A stretch of DNA of 41,250 bases from Candidatus Micrarchaeota archaeon (GTDB taxonomy: Archaea > Micrarchaeota > Micrarchaeia > Micrarchaeales > CABMGC01): NCBI GenBank assembly GCA_021796295.1, contig JAJYIA010000002.1:1-41250 (forward strand), in the 5' to 3' direction. This document shows, piece by piece, positions 1-9,682 of the stretch. The translations under genes and the position numbers were made by a program. The notes under the pieces were generated by a model, which worked only from the letters and a program-made list of their open reading frames with translations, did not search any database and was not told the origin of the DNA. Positions within the stretch are counted from its first letter, which is position 1; the number at the start of each line of letters is the position of its first letter.

Positions 1-2
1 AA

Positions 3-158
3 TTGTGGTTCGCAATAATTGAGGGGCAATTACTAAGTAGAGGCAGTTTTGAAAGTAAGGAAGACATATCGGAGAAAATAATAAACTTTATAAAAGCGTA
101 CAATAAAACTTCGACAGCATTCAAATGGACTTACGACGCTAACCCACTTAGGATATAA
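3..158 (+). mobile_element. IS630-family transposase, C-terminal part (runs off window start)
   Basis: Manual translation from nt 3: LWFAIIEGQLLSRGSFESKEDISEKIINFIKAYNKTSTAFKWTYDANPLRI*, matching the IS630 C-terminal pattern (EIWF..L.RGSF.S....FI..YN....FKWTY); the probable end lies at CTAG ~185-188. Confidence 0.8.
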
Positions 159-386
159 TTAAAGGTATTTAGCGGACTATCTACTAGCAGATTAAGGAAC
201 CTGAAACTCTTACTTGAGTTTCCATTCTTAACGTAGATATCAACGTCAAACATGTATGCCCCAACTAGATTCAATTAGGCATGTACCGGTCAAGATTAAG
301 TGCGGTGTAGATCTTATATCCCTCCGCTAAAGTTTTTCGGAACGAAAGTATCATAGAATTTCTCATCCTATACCAAAGCGGCGACA

Positions 387-596
387 GTGATGTTGGAAGA
401 AGACGGACCTCTTCTTCTCAAACTTGCAAAGGAGTGTAAGGGAGCAAAGGAGCATGACAGATATCTTGCACTTCATGCGGTGAGTGAAGGATACGGGATT
501 CAGTTGGTTGCAAAGATATTCTGCGTAGATGAGGACTCCATCTACGGGTGGATAAATAGATGGAAGGAGGAACGGAACCTTGCAGCCTATGTCTGA
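387..596 (+). pseudogene. IS630-family transposase N-terminal HTH fragment, truncated
   Basis: RYLALHAVSEGYGIQLVAKIFCVDEDSIYGWINRWKEE is a typical IS630 HTH; the frame ends after running into IS110 sequence at ~585. Confidence 0.65.
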
Positions 597-975
597 CCTT
601 TGCCCTGTAGTCTCTTGCGTCTTTCGGAGGCACATATGCTTCGTATATCTCATCTGCGCGGTGTTTTTCTGCCAATCTCAACGAGTCCCATTTGTCCGTC
701 TTTTTTCCAGATTCATTCAATTTCGTTTGTGAAGGGTTTGCCACTTTTATGACATTACACCTTTCTACAAGATAGTCGTAAAGGCCGTACCAAATGCCAC
801 ATGCCTCCATCACGACGTTCAGGCATACTTTAGGTATGCCCATAAAGAACCGTTCCACTGCTTCTTCAGTGCACGGAATCTTCGCCTCCTCGATCACGTT
901 CTTATTCTCGTCTATCATAGTGGCGTATATCCACTTCGTTCCCAGATCCAGTCCGACATAGTATTGTTGGTCCAT
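583..975 (-). pseudogene. IS110-family transposase, N-terminal DEDD (RuvC-like) domain, truncated
   Basis: YVGLDLG, VVMEACG, ANP and KTDKWDSLRLA motifs. Similarity stops near RHRL (~130 aa), where the ORF reads into antisense IS630 sequence. Confidence 0.85.
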
Positions 976-1117
976 AGAGACACCAGTTAAACATTAAACC
1001 GATGTCCAATAAAGGATCCGTTCTCATACCAGCAAGTACAAAGATTCTTAATTTGTCAAGTTCCTAATATAACATGTCCATACAGCCGGTGGTTTTGCAA
1101 TGGCAGTTTCAAAGGCG

Positions 1118-1684
1118 ATGGAAATAAAATTTATCACCTCTAACAAAGCCAAGATTGCCACAGCGAGGATGGTGCTTGGGGAATACGGCATTTCGGTGAA
1201 GCAGAGAAAGGCAGGAATAGAGGAATTGCAGCATATCGATGTCAAAAAAGTGGCAATACATAAGGCAAAGGAAGCGCTTAAGGCTTTCGGCTCGATGTTT
1301 TTGGTCGAAGATTCTGGACTCTATGTAGATGCGTGGAACGGTTTTCCCGGGGCCCTGCTCAAGCCCACAATAGACGCAGTGGGCGAAGGCGGATTGCTGA
1401 ATATGCTGAACGGCAAGAGAAGAACCGCAACTTTTATGTGCGTAGCTGTACTTTACCGGCCCCGCATCGGATTCAGGACATTTGAATTTCCGGTAAAAGG
1501 CACACTTTCCAGAAAGCTCAGGGGCAGGAAAATAGAGGGTTGGGCAGTAGACAGGATCTTCGTTCCCAACAGGTACAGAAAGACAATCGCGGAGATGAGC
1601 CTTCCGGAATACGAGGAGTACATAAGGGGAAGCAACAGCCATTACGGAAAAGTGGCAAGATATCTCATGCACAGGCGTACCTGA
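1118..1684 (+). CDS. Non-canonical purine NTP pyrophosphatase (Ham1/RdgB family), divergent
   Basis: FITSNKAK, EELQ, VEDSGLYVDAWNGFPG and KTIAEMS motifs. Alternative start at 1100. Confidence 0.85.
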   Translation: MEIKFITSNKAKIATARMVLGEYGISVKQRKAGIEELQHIDVKKVAIHKAKEALKAFGSMFLVEDSGLYVDAWNGFPGALLKPTIDAVGEGGLLNMLNGKRRTATFMCVAVLYRPRIGFRTFEFPVKGTLSRKLRGRKIEGWAVDRIFVPNRYRKTIAEMSLPEYEEYIRGSNSHYGKVARYLMHRRT

Positions 1685-1701
1685 GCATACCGTATGCTGC
1701 A

Positions 1702-2028
1702 TCAGAGGTTTTTGTTTCTTTTGAAGGTATCTTGACTCCTCTTTTCGATTTCTTCCTTTCTGTCGCTGGCATTTATAGAGTATGCAGCAGATAAGGCAAC
1801 AGCTACACTTCCTGCAAGAATGTCAGAAATTGCCATAGGAATCGTAGGGTGAACCTTCTGCAAATACATATAATACAGGCCCCCTTCTGATGCTACAGAG
1901 GAGAATGCGATCCCGACAATGCCGTAAATAACACGGCGCTGTTCTCTCCTGATTGCAGCCATGAGAATCTCTTTCCTCCTGCTATCGGCAGGGATCGATG
2001 CAGGCATGCGTTTTTTCTCTACGTTCAT
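1702..2028 (-). CDS. Small hypothetical membrane protein (2 TM)
   Basis: 108-aa ORF with two hydrophobic segments and charged termini. Confidence 0.55.
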   Translation of the reverse strand: MNVEKKRMPASIPADSRRKEILMAAIRREQRRVIYGIVGIAFSSVASEGGLYYMYLQKVHPTIPMAISDILAGSVAVALSAAYSINASDRKEEIEKRSQDTFKRNKNL

Positions 2029-2102
2029 GCTGAGTACTTCATAACGGTTTTCAGGAATTTTGATTTTCCCTTTTTCACTTCGGGTGAATGCAAATTATTA
2101 AA

Positions 2103-2177
2103 CGGACACGGCGGGATTTGAACCCGCAACTAACAGCTCCGCAAGCTGCCGTGCTATCCAAGTTACACCACGTGTCC
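2103..2177 (-). tRNA. tRNA-Arg(GCG)
   Basis: Cloverleaf: acceptor GGACACG/CGTGTCC, anticodon arm GCAGC-TTGCGGA-GCTGT, T arm GCGGG-TTCAAAT-CCCGC. Confidence 0.95.
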
Positions 2178-2346
2178 TCACTATGCTATTATTTTTGCTT
2201 GCAGGTTTTATATGTCTTGCGTGCTGCGGCCAGGCATGTTGGGTGGCAAATGCAAAGGCATATAAGCATTTCTTGGCATTATTTACTTCACTTCCTTACT
2301 TTACAGGCAAGGCAATGGATCGTTTTAACGACTTAATGGCGATATT

Positions 2347-2514
2347 ATGACTTCGCTTCTTGGAAAGGTTTGCACATCATGCGGCAGGCTCACCGACAGC
2401 TATGCGTCGTTCAAGTGCCCGGGCTGCGGAGGAGATATGATAATAAGGTGCAATGAGTGCAGGAAGACCAGGACACGGTACAGATGCACCAAATGTAATT
2501 TCGAGGGACCGTAA
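2347..2514 (+). CDS. Zinc-ribbon protein (DUF1610/HVO_2753-like), 55 aa, absent from ORF track
   Basis: MTSLLGKVCTSCGR...FKCPGCG...IIRCNECRK...YRCTKCNFEGP: four CxxC motifs and a FEGP end; its stop overlaps the EF-1beta start (TAATG), the usual archaeal arrangement. Confidence 0.9.
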   Translation: MTSLLGKVCTSCGRLTDSYASFKCPGCGGDMIIRCNECRKTRTRYRCTKCNFEGP

Positions 2515-2759
2515 TGGGAAATGTTGCAACGCTGTTCAAGGTGTATGTTGAAAACGGCAGGGAGGACGAGGTAAGCAAAAAGATAAAGGAGGAGCTTAAG
2601 CCCAAGAGCATGCAGCTTGAGGAAATAGCCTTTGGCATAAAGGTCGTGAAGGTGCTCTTTGTGCATGAGGATACGCTTGGCAGCGCAGAGCTTGAGGAGA
2701 AGCTCAAGGCGATAAGCGGGGTAAGCGAGGCTGAAGTTGCAGAAGAAAGCCTGCTCTGA
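2514..2759 (+). CDS. ef1b: Translation elongation factor 1-beta
   Basis: EEIAFGIK motif, GVSEAEV end, 81 aa, follows the Zn-ribbon gene. Confidence 0.92.
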   Translation: MGNVATLFKVYVENGREDEVSKKIKEELKPKSMQLEEIAFGIKVVKVLFVHEDTLGSAELEEKLKAISGVSEAEVAEESLL

Positions 2760-2855
2760 GCCTTATCTCTGCATTGGCTTATCCGTAAAGCGGAATTTCA
2801 GAATGTAGGATTGGTTTACTGATTAATGCCTGCATCAACGCAGCACCGATTGGGC

Positions 2856-4079
2856 TCAGTTCCTGATGTTTACCCTATCTGTTTTTTTCTTTTGGGTTTC
2901 AACGCCGTTGCGCAGAGTATCCTTGACATTCCGCCTTTCAGGAGGGCCTTTAGTTACCGCATTGTTAGGCATACCTTCCGATCCCCTCAATATGGCCTTT
3001 TCCCTTCGTATCCTCTCTGACCCCTGTCGCATATTTTCAAGGCCCCTCTTTAGTATGGCGTTTAACTCACGTCCCTTCGCCTCTCTTGTGGCAGAGCTTA
3101 GTCCCACGTTCAATATATCCTTAAGCAGATATTTCAGGTTGTCTTCCTCCTTGTTTAATGGCAATACAGCCATATTTGCATATGAAAACGCATTCTTTTC
3201 GGCTTTGTTAGATATGGAAGGGTCTGCGCCGTTGATTATAAGGTTCTTCATGACAATCAGGCGTTTTTTAAGGAGGTCTCGCTGGGCCGCTGCATTGCTG
3301 TCTGTGCTCGCAGCAACCTGGGTTGCATATATAACAGCAGTATTGCCTTTTGAGTCCTGCCGGTTTATGCTCTTGATAACGCTCTGATTCTGAAGGAGTA
3401 CGTTAACCACTCCGTACTGTTTGCTTAGTATTTTCTGCATAAGAAGAGATGAACCTGACTTATTTACATGGGCGGGATCTGCGCCGGAAGCAATGAGCTT
3501 CTTGAAATTTTCCAGTCGGTAGGCATTCGGGGTGGAAGCTATGCCCAGGGCATAGGAAAGTGCCGTGTTGCCGCTTGTGTCCTCGTGGTTTATCGTCTTC
3601 GTGATTGAAGGCACGGTGCGCATATAATCAAGGATTTTAGTATTGCCTGAGAATGCAGCCCACATCAAGCCCGTGCCTTTGCCCCGGTCCTCTGCATCTG
3701 TTTTTATGCCTTTGTCTATCACATACTTAAGCAGCGTTATGTCCCTCTCCCTGATTGAATGCTGTACTACGCGTATGAAGAGAGGAAAACTGTGTTCGTC
3801 TTTTGCATTTAGATGTGCCTTCTCTTTAAGCGCCTTTCCAAATTTTATAATGTTATCATTTTCCAGAACATCCAGAAACTCGAGGCTGGACTTAAATCCA
3901 ACACGCTTTCTGATTTCAATATCCCTATCGGTGGCATAGAATAAGGCAAGGTCTGGCGAGCGGGCCAGAAATCCATTGAAGATCTTTTCAGAACTTTCAA
4001 GCTCAGCATTGAAACTTCGTTCTGAGTCCTTTTGAAGGGGCTTGCCGCTGTCAGACCCAAGTGGCTGCGCTGGTTGCAT
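2856..4079 (-). CDS. Ankyrin-repeat protein
   Basis: Repeated GTGLMWAA, GNTALSYA, LIASGADP, GNTAVIYA, LIINGADP motifs; charged low-complexity C-terminal tail. Confidence 0.85.
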   Translation of the reverse strand: MQPAQPLGSDSGKPLQKDSERSFNAELESSEKIFNGFLARSPDLALFYATDRDIEIRKRVGFKSSLEFLDVLENDNIIKFGKALKEKAHLNAKDEHSFPLFIRVVQHSIRERDITLLKYVIDKGIKTDAEDRGKGTGLMWAAFSGNTKILDYMRTVPSITKTINHEDTSGNTALSYALGIASTPNAYRLENFKKLIASGADPAHVNKSGSSLLMQKILSKQYGVVNVLLQNQSVIKSINRQDSKGNTAVIYATQVAASTDSNAAAQRDLLKKRLIVMKNLIINGADPSISNKAEKNAFSYANMAVLPLNKEEDNLKYLLKDILNVGLSSATREAKGRELNAILKRGLENMRQGSERIRREKAILRGSEGMPNNAVTKGPPERRNVKDTLRNGVETQKKKTDRVNIRN

Positions 4080-4328
4080 TTCACTACCAATTTTTACGCG
4101 TTTGCACTTTATTCTGGATTACCTGCTGCGTACGCACAGAAAAGCGCCAGCATCGGAGAAGTTGTTTTCCGCACCGTCCAAGCAATTAGACTTCTTGAAT
4201 AACCAGTCTTAGATTCAGGGCACTACGTGCGCACCAAGAATGCAAGCAAACCATTACTATCGTGCCATAGTATTATTGCATATAAGATTTAATAAATAGT
4301 AGGTTTAGGATTGACTTAAAGCGTATAG

Positions 4329-5504
4329 CTATTTCGCAGCTATGCCTTCGAGCCTCCCAAGCGCCTCCCTTATTCTGCTTACAGGCTGCGTGAGCGCAAA
4401 CCTCACAAAGCCCTCTCCGGATGCACCGAAGCCGCTGCCAGGCGTTATTACCACACCCTTCTCAAGGGCCTTTTCAGCAAAGGCGGCAGAGGTAAGCTCG
4501 GTCTCCCTTATGGAAAGCCATATGTAAAATGTGGCCTCGGGCTTGGCAGGATGGAAGCCTATACCCTCAAGGCCTTTGAGCATTACATCTCTCCTCTCTT
4601 TGTATTCGCGCATGTTTTTCTCCACCTCATCGGGCCTTAAGCTGTTCTTGTAGCTTTCAAGTGCAGCAACGCCTGCGCGCTGTATGTATATTGGTGCTCC
4701 GGAGTCTATGTTAGACTTTATCTTCTTAAGTCCGGTTATGGCTTCTTTGTCGCCCACAGCGAAGCCCAGTCTGTCACCAGTCATGCAAAATGTCTTCGAC
4801 AGCGAATGGAACTCTATGGCATTCTTTGTGTATTTTAATATCGAAGGAGAAACATAACCGTCGAATGTGAATTCAGAATAGGCATTGTCGTAGGCAAGCA
4901 GTATGCCGTGCCTTTCGACAAACTCCGCAGTCTCCTTAAGAAAGCTCTCAGGCGCTATGGCTCCTGTAGGCATATTGGGATAATTCAGATATAGGAGCTT
5001 TGATTTCTTTAGAATGTCTTTTGGTATGGTGTCATAATCAGGCAGGAAGCTCTTCTCTTCTTCCAGCCTTATGGGGCACTGCACCCCGTCGCAGAGAATC
5101 GTTGCGCCGTTTGCATAGACGCTGTAGCCTGGATCAGGATAAAGGACGGTGTCGCCTATCCCTACAAAGGCCCTTGCCACATTTGCAAGGCCCTCTTTGG
5201 AGCCTATCAGCGTGCAGACCTCGCTCGAAGGATCCGCATCCACGCCGAATCTTCTCGACATCCATGCAGAGGCGGCCTCGCGGAACCAAGGCTCACCGGC
5301 TGATGTCGGGTAATTGTGATTCTTTGCATCAAGGGCAGCCTCTGCAAGAGCCCTTCTCACAAATTCAGGCGCAGGAAGGTCGGGGTCGCCTATGGCAAGC
5401 GAAATGACATCTACGCCTGACCGCCTCATCTCTACAATTCTCTCCTCGAGCCTTGCGAAAAGGTAAGGCTCAATGCGCTTTGCTCGTTCTGCCAATTCAA
5501 ACAT
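4329..5504 (-). CDS. dapL: LL-diaminopimelate aminotransferase (class I/II PLP)
   Basis: LIGSKEG, LNYPNMPTG, DNAYSE and EFHSLSKTFCMTGDRLG motifs; directly downstream of lysA. Confidence 0.8.
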   Translation of the reverse strand: MFELAERAKRIEPYLFARLEERIVEMRRSGVDVISLAIGDPDLPAPEFVRRALAEAALDAKNHNYPTSAGEPWFREAASAWMSRRFGVDADPSSEVCTLIGSKEGLANVARAFVGIGDTVLYPDPGYSVYANGATILCDGVQCPIRLEEEKSFLPDYDTIPKDILKKSKLLYLNYPNMPTGAIAPESFLKETAEFVERHGILLAYDNAYSEFTFDGYVSPSILKYTKNAIEFHSLSKTFCMTGDRLGFAVGDKEAITGLKKIKSNIDSGAPIYIQRAGVAALESYKNSLRPDEVEKNMREYKERRDVMLKGLEGIGFHPAKPEATFYIWLSIRETELTSAAFAEKALEKGVVITPGSGFGASGEGFVRFALTQPVSRIREALGRLEGIAAK

Positions 5505-5517
5505 ACAATCACAGCTC

Positions 5518-6870
5518 TTATATGATTTGCTCCTGCCTTGATCCGCTATCGCTTATAAGGTGCGAAGGCATGTGCACCTTGCTTATCAGGTCAAGTGTAC
5601 TCTCGCGCTCGCGTATGAGCTCTGCGGAGCCGCTGCTGCAGAGGACCTCAGCTGCGCGCGGCCTCGAGTTGTACTGGCTGCTCATCCCAAAGCCGTATGC
5701 ACCTGCATTGAGCATCACAAGAAGGTCGCCTTCCTTTACATCGCCAGGAAGCTGCCTATCCTTTGCGAACTGGTCTGTGTTCTCGCAGACCTGGCCGCAT
5801 ATGTTGTAATATGAAAGCTGGCCTCTATGCTGCCCTAATGCTGCATTCGAGGAATCTGCTTTGCCCTCTACAAAGATATGGTGGTATGCACCGTAGAGGG
5901 CAGGCCTGAGAAGCGTATTCATGCCCGCGTCGCAGCCTATAAACCTCTTCGATGCCTCTTTTATTGTAGTGACCTTTGCAATGAGTATTCCGGCATCTCC
6001 TACGAGATAGCGTCCAGGCTCGATCCTTAGCTCTGGCTCTCCAAGCCTGTGCTCGCTGCATTTCTCCTTGAATACAGAAACTATGCTGCTTGCAACCCTA
6101 TTTATGTCAAGCTCCTCCTCTCCGGGCTTGTAGGGTATGCCGAAGCCGCCGCCTATGTTTACGAATGAGAAGGCTATGCCTGCATTCTCAGCTATACTGC
6201 CTGCTATATCGAGAAGCCTTGCTGTGATCTCGGGGAAGTACTGCCCATCAAGTATGTTAGAGCCAGTCATCATGTGTATGCCAAAGCGCCTTGTGCCGAG
6301 ACCTTTTGCAAGCGCATACGCCTCGGCTGCCCTCTCGGCACTGATGCCGAACTTTGCGTCAGGGCCAGCGAAGACAAGCTTCTCCTCGCCGGACGAGCCC
6401 ATGCCGGGGTTAATCCTGAAGCAGAGCTCCTCCTGCGCCTTTATGCCTGAGACCCTTTGCACATGTGATATGTCATCGAGATTAAGCGTGGCTCCTGCCT
6501 CTATTGCATACCTGAATTCGTCATTCGAGTTGTAATTTCCGGTATAGAGCATATCCCTTACGCTGAAGCCTGCCATCCTGGCAAGCATGATCTCAGAAGG
6601 TGATGAGCAGTCTGCGCCTGCGCCCTCCTGCTGCAGTATGCGGAGCACTGCAGGGTTGTTGTTGGCCTTAACGGCATAGAATATCCTGAACTTTTTATAG
6701 TGCCCTGAGAATGCCCCATGCAGCTTTCTATAGTTTGACCTTATCCCTGCTTCCGAATATGCATATAACGGCGTCGAAAAGCGCTCTGCGAGGTCGCTGA
6801 CGCTGTTGCCATCGAAATAGAGCCTTCCTGCTTGCTCTGACAGCTGCTTCTCCAACTTCCACATGTTCAC
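5518..6870 (-). CDS. lysA: Diaminopimelate decarboxylase
   Basis: YAVKAN, KFGI, GGGFG, EPGRYLV, CENTD and GAYGFGMSSQYNSRPR motifs. Confidence 0.95.
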   Translation of the reverse strand: MNMWKLEKQLSEQAGRLYFDGNSVSDLAERFSTPLYAYSEAGIRSNYRKLHGAFSGHYKKFRIFYAVKANNNPAVLRILQQEGAGADCSSPSEIMLARMAGFSVRDMLYTGNYNSNDEFRYAIEAGATLNLDDISHVQRVSGIKAQEELCFRINPGMGSSGEEKLVFAGPDAKFGISAERAAEAYALAKGLGTRRFGIHMMTGSNILDGQYFPEITARLLDIAGSIAENAGIAFSFVNIGGGFGIPYKPGEEELDINRVASSIVSVFKEKCSEHRLGEPELRIEPGRYLVGDAGILIAKVTTIKEASKRFIGCDAGMNTLLRPALYGAYHHIFVEGKADSSNAALGQHRGQLSYYNICGQVCENTDQFAKDRQLPGDVKEGDLLVMLNAGAYGFGMSSQYNSRPRAAEVLCSSGSAELIRERESTLDLISKVHMPSHLISDSGSRQEQII

Positions 6871-6931
6871 AACCTACCAGGTGCATTGCTGCACCATCCA
6901 ATACCTTACCGCCCAAGATATTTAAGGATAT

Positions 6932-6958
6932 GCTTTTCGTATAAAAAATACGAAAAGC
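6932..6958. promoter_or_regulatory. Perfect inverted repeat upstream of the lysA TATA box; candidate Lrp-type operator
   Basis: GCTTTTCGTAT-AAAAA-ATACGAAAAGC lies immediately 5' of CCTTAAATA (minus strand, ~6919-6927). Confidence 0.55.
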
Positions 6959-6961
6959 GTA

Positions 6962-7360
6962 TCAGACAAGCACAAAGGCTGTTGTCGTTGAGACGACTCC
7001 GTATGCCTTCCTTATCGCGTCTACGTCTGTATTTATCGATTCGGTGCTCGTAGCCTCGAGGTATGCCACTATGTCAAAAGTACCAGACACCTCATACACA
7101 TTCTTGACTGTTGGGAGAGATGCGATGCGCCTTGACGTGCTTGGAACTATCCTTTTGGCTTTTATGAAGACGAAGGCCTTTACCCTTCCAGAGTCGCCTT
7201 TAATCACGGTGAAGCCTTTTATCGCGCCGCTCTCAAGCATGGCCTTTACCCTTTTCCTGATAGTGCCTTCGGATACTCCAATGTCTTTGGCTATCTGAAG
7301 GAACGGTGTCCTAGAATCAGACTCAAGATGGGAGAGTATCTCTGTATCAATATTATCCAT
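6962..7360 (-). CDS. Lrp/AsnC-family transcriptional regulator
   Basis: DTEILSHLESDSRTPFLQIAKDIGVSEGTIRKRV HTH and a C-terminal RAM domain (VSGTFD). Confidence 0.92.
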   Translation of the reverse strand: MDNIDTEILSHLESDSRTPFLQIAKDIGVSEGTIRKRVKAMLESGAIKGFTVIKGDSGRVKAFVFIKAKRIVPSTSRRIASLPTVKNVYEVSGTFDIVAYLEATSTESINTDVDAIRKAYGVVSTTTAFVLV

Positions 7361-7431
7361 ACCCATCCACATAGTATACTTTTGTCTGAATTAATATAAA
7401 GCTATTGCTACAGCAGGCTAAGACAGCGAGA

Positions 7432-7974
7432 TTATATCCTGCCTCTTGATTCGCCCCTCGCGACGCCGCTTGCGATGATGTGCGCGAGGCGCAGCAGCGA
7501 CTCTGCAGTATCAAGCATAGGCCTTACATCATCCATGTCTGCGCCTATGTGCTGCACATAAAAAGGGCCGTTCTTATGCACCCTTATCTCTTTGGAGAGC
7601 CTGTCAAAAAGCCGAAGCCTGCTGCCGTGCATAGGTCTGTTCAGTATAGCCTTTCTGAGAAGACCCTTCCTGGGCCGCTTCCTTGTCAGGGCGATGAAAG
7701 GCACGCCCAATGCCTTCTCTGCCATGCCTATGTCTACAAGGTTTAGGCCAGCGAAGGTTATGCCGTTTGTAGCAACAAGTCTTATCTGCTGGAGGAACCT
7801 CGAGGCACTTATGCTTTTCAGAAGCCTTGCTGTGGCATCGCTGCCGTCCACATCAACATAGAACGAGAGGATGCCTTCTATGACGTGGCTTCGCCCTACG
7901 ACACCTACGACAAACGACTTTCCGTTTTTGAACGAGGAATCATCGAAGGCCAGGATGCGCGAACCAGATTTCAT
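7432..7974 (-). CDS. DUF99-family (endonuclease V-like) protein
   Basis: RILAFDDS, VDGSDAT, GITFAGLNLVD and LRLAHIIASG motifs. Confidence 0.85.
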   Translation of the reverse strand: MKSGSRILAFDDSSFKNGKSFVVGVVGRSHVIEGILSFYVDVDGSDATARLLKSISASRFLQQIRLVATNGITFAGLNLVDIGMAEKALGVPFIALTRKRPRKGLLRKAILNRPMHGSRLRLFDRLSKEIRVHKNGPFYVQHIGADMDDVRPMLDTAESLLRLAHIIASGVARGESRGRI

Positions 7975-7982
7975 TAAGACAT

Positions 7983-8249
7983 CTACTTCTTTGGCATTTG
8001 GGATATGATCTCTTCTATGTCGTCTTCTACCTCTTTGAGAGCCTTTACAAAAAGCTGCTTCGCATTTCTTCTTGATTTTATTATAAGCTTAGGATTGCCT
8101 ACCTCGGGATGCTCTTTCACCACGCCTGCATATTCAACGTCCTTCTTCTCTGCCAGCTTCTCCCTTACAAGCTCAGGTATACCTCGGTCGGCATCTATGA
8201 ATTCAACTATGAAGTTCTTAGGCTCTTCTTCTATAATGTTTAATTTCAT
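7983..8249 (-). CDS. rpo11: DNA-directed RNA polymerase subunit L (Rpo11)
   Basis: MKLNIIEE...VEYAGVVKEHP...PKLII; start placed at Met63 of the track ORF. Confidence 0.85.
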   Translation of the reverse strand: MKLNIIEEEPKNFIVEFIDADRGIPELVREKLAEKKDVEYAGVVKEHPEVGNPKLIIKSRRNAKQLFVKALKEVEDDIEEIISQMPKK

Positions 8250-8364
8250 TGAACCACTCCTGACATTTCTGCAATGTATACAGATTATATTCGCAGCATA
8301 ACAAATATATACTTGTTGCATATATGTAATCATGGAGTAGGCTTTCTTATGCTCCGGTGCTTTG

Positions 8365-8781
8365 ATGAATATACGAGAAGTAGATGCCTCTGAGCTTGTC
8401 AGGGGCGCGGCTGATATGCTGATGAAGGCAGGCATTGAAAAGCCGGCATATGTTGAATACGTGAAAAGCTCGCCTTCAAGGGAGAGGAGCCCTGCAGAAG
8501 GTTCCTTCTGGTACTTGAGGTGTGCCTCGCTTCTGAGGCAGGTCTATCTGAACGGGCCGATAGGCATAAGCAGGCTCAGGATCAGATACGGCGGCAGAAA
8601 GAGGCATGTGGTGCACAGGCACCACAGCGTAAGGGCAGGAGGCAGCATTATAAAGGACGCGTTCGACGCGCTTGAAAGGCTCGGCTATGTCAAGAAGACG
8701 AAGAAGGGACGTGAGATAACGCCCAAAGGCATTTCATTCCTTGACAAGACAGCAAGCGCAATAGCTAAAGGCGGTGCTTAA
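8365..8781 (+). CDS. rps19e: 30S ribosomal protein S19e
   Basis: WYLRCASLLRQVYLNGPIGISRLRIRYGGRK and GREITPKG motifs. Confidence 0.97.
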   Translation: MNIREVDASELVRGAADMLMKAGIEKPAYVEYVKSSPSRERSPAEGSFWYLRCASLLRQVYLNGPIGISRLRIRYGGRKRHVVHRHHSVRAGGSIIKDAFDALERLGYVKKTKKGREITPKGISFLDKTASAIAKGGA

Positions 8782-9091
8782 CGTGGCGGAAGATAGGCAG
8801 GAGAACGAGGATGAGAAGCTCAGGAGGCTGTATTCTAAGAGGCTTAGGGCCTTGCAGATAGAGCAGCAGAAAAAGGATCTTGCGAAGAGGTTCATGGATC
8901 CCGATGCGTATGAAAGACTTATGAACGTGCGCATATCAAACCATGAGCTATACGAGCAGCTTCTGGGGCTTGTAATAAACATGGTCCAGACAAACAGGCT
9001 GGGCTCGAAGCTCACAGACGAGCAGCTCAAGTCGCTGCTTGCGAAGCTTACATATAGGCCGGAGCCGAAGATAGAATACAGGCATAAATGA
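8774..9091 (+). CDS. PDCD5/TFAR19-like DNA-binding protein
   Basis: DAYERLMNVR and LTDEQLKSLL motifs; conserved position after rps19e. Confidence 0.88.
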   Translation: MLNVAEDRQENEDEKLRRLYSKRLRALQIEQQKKDLAKRFMDPDAYERLMNVRISNHELYEQLLGLVINMVQTNRLGSKLTDEQLKSLLAKLTYRPEPKIEYRHK

Positions 9092-9099
9092 GTGATAAA

Positions 9100-9258
9100 A
9101 TGAGCAAGAAGAGCATGACGAAGAAGCTTATGCTTGGTAAGAGGAATAAGCAGAACAGGCGCATACCCGTGCTTGCCGTGCTCAGAACGCACAGGCGCCT
9201 GGAGTACAACTACCTGAAGCGCAGCTGGCGCAGGAAAAAGCTCAGGATAAAGGGATAG
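9100..9258 (+). CDS. rpl39e: 50S ribosomal protein L39e (52 aa, absent from ORF track)
   Basis: MSKKSMTKKLMLGKRNKQNRRIPVLAVLRTHRRLEYNYLKRSWRRKKLRIKG. Confidence 0.95.
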   Translation: MSKKSMTKKLMLGKRNKQNRRIPVLAVLRTHRRLEYNYLKRSWRRKKLRIKG

Positions 9259-9259
9259 C

Positions 9260-9658
9260 ATGCAATCGAAGACAATAAGGCTCAGGAAGAGGCTCGTAAG
9301 GATACACAGCCCGCGCAGGCTCAGGATGAGCCTGAAATACCTAAAGCATGAGCTCGCAAAGTCGGGCAATGCAGCGCCAGAGAATGTGAAGATAAGCCCA
9401 GAGCTCAACTCTTACCTTATGAAAAGCGATGCAAGAAGGCTTAACAGCATACGCCTCGCTGTAGAGAAGAGCGTGGATAAGAACATAATCAAGATAAGCG
9501 CAGACCTGGCGCCTGAGCTCAAGCCCGGCGCAAAGGAGGCGCAGGCAAAGAATGCAGAGGGCAAGGAGGCGGCGCTAGGCACTGGAAAGGCAGCGACAAA
9601 AGCAGCGATGGCCCTGACGCCTGAGAAGAAGGCAAAGGCGACGAATGCGGAGGCGTAG
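9260..9658 (+). CDS. rpl31e: 50S ribosomal protein L31e with Ala/Lys-rich tail
   Basis: TIRLRK and VKISPELNSYL motifs; lies between rpl39e and aIF6. Confidence 0.8.
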   Translation: MQSKTIRLRKRLVRIHSPRRLRMSLKYLKHELAKSGNAAPENVKISPELNSYLMKSDARRLNSIRLAVEKSVDKNIIKISADLAPELKPGAKEAQAKNAEGKEAALGTGKAATKAAMALTPEKKAKATNAEA

Positions 9659-9682
9659 GACGGTGCAGCCACAGGTTACTAT

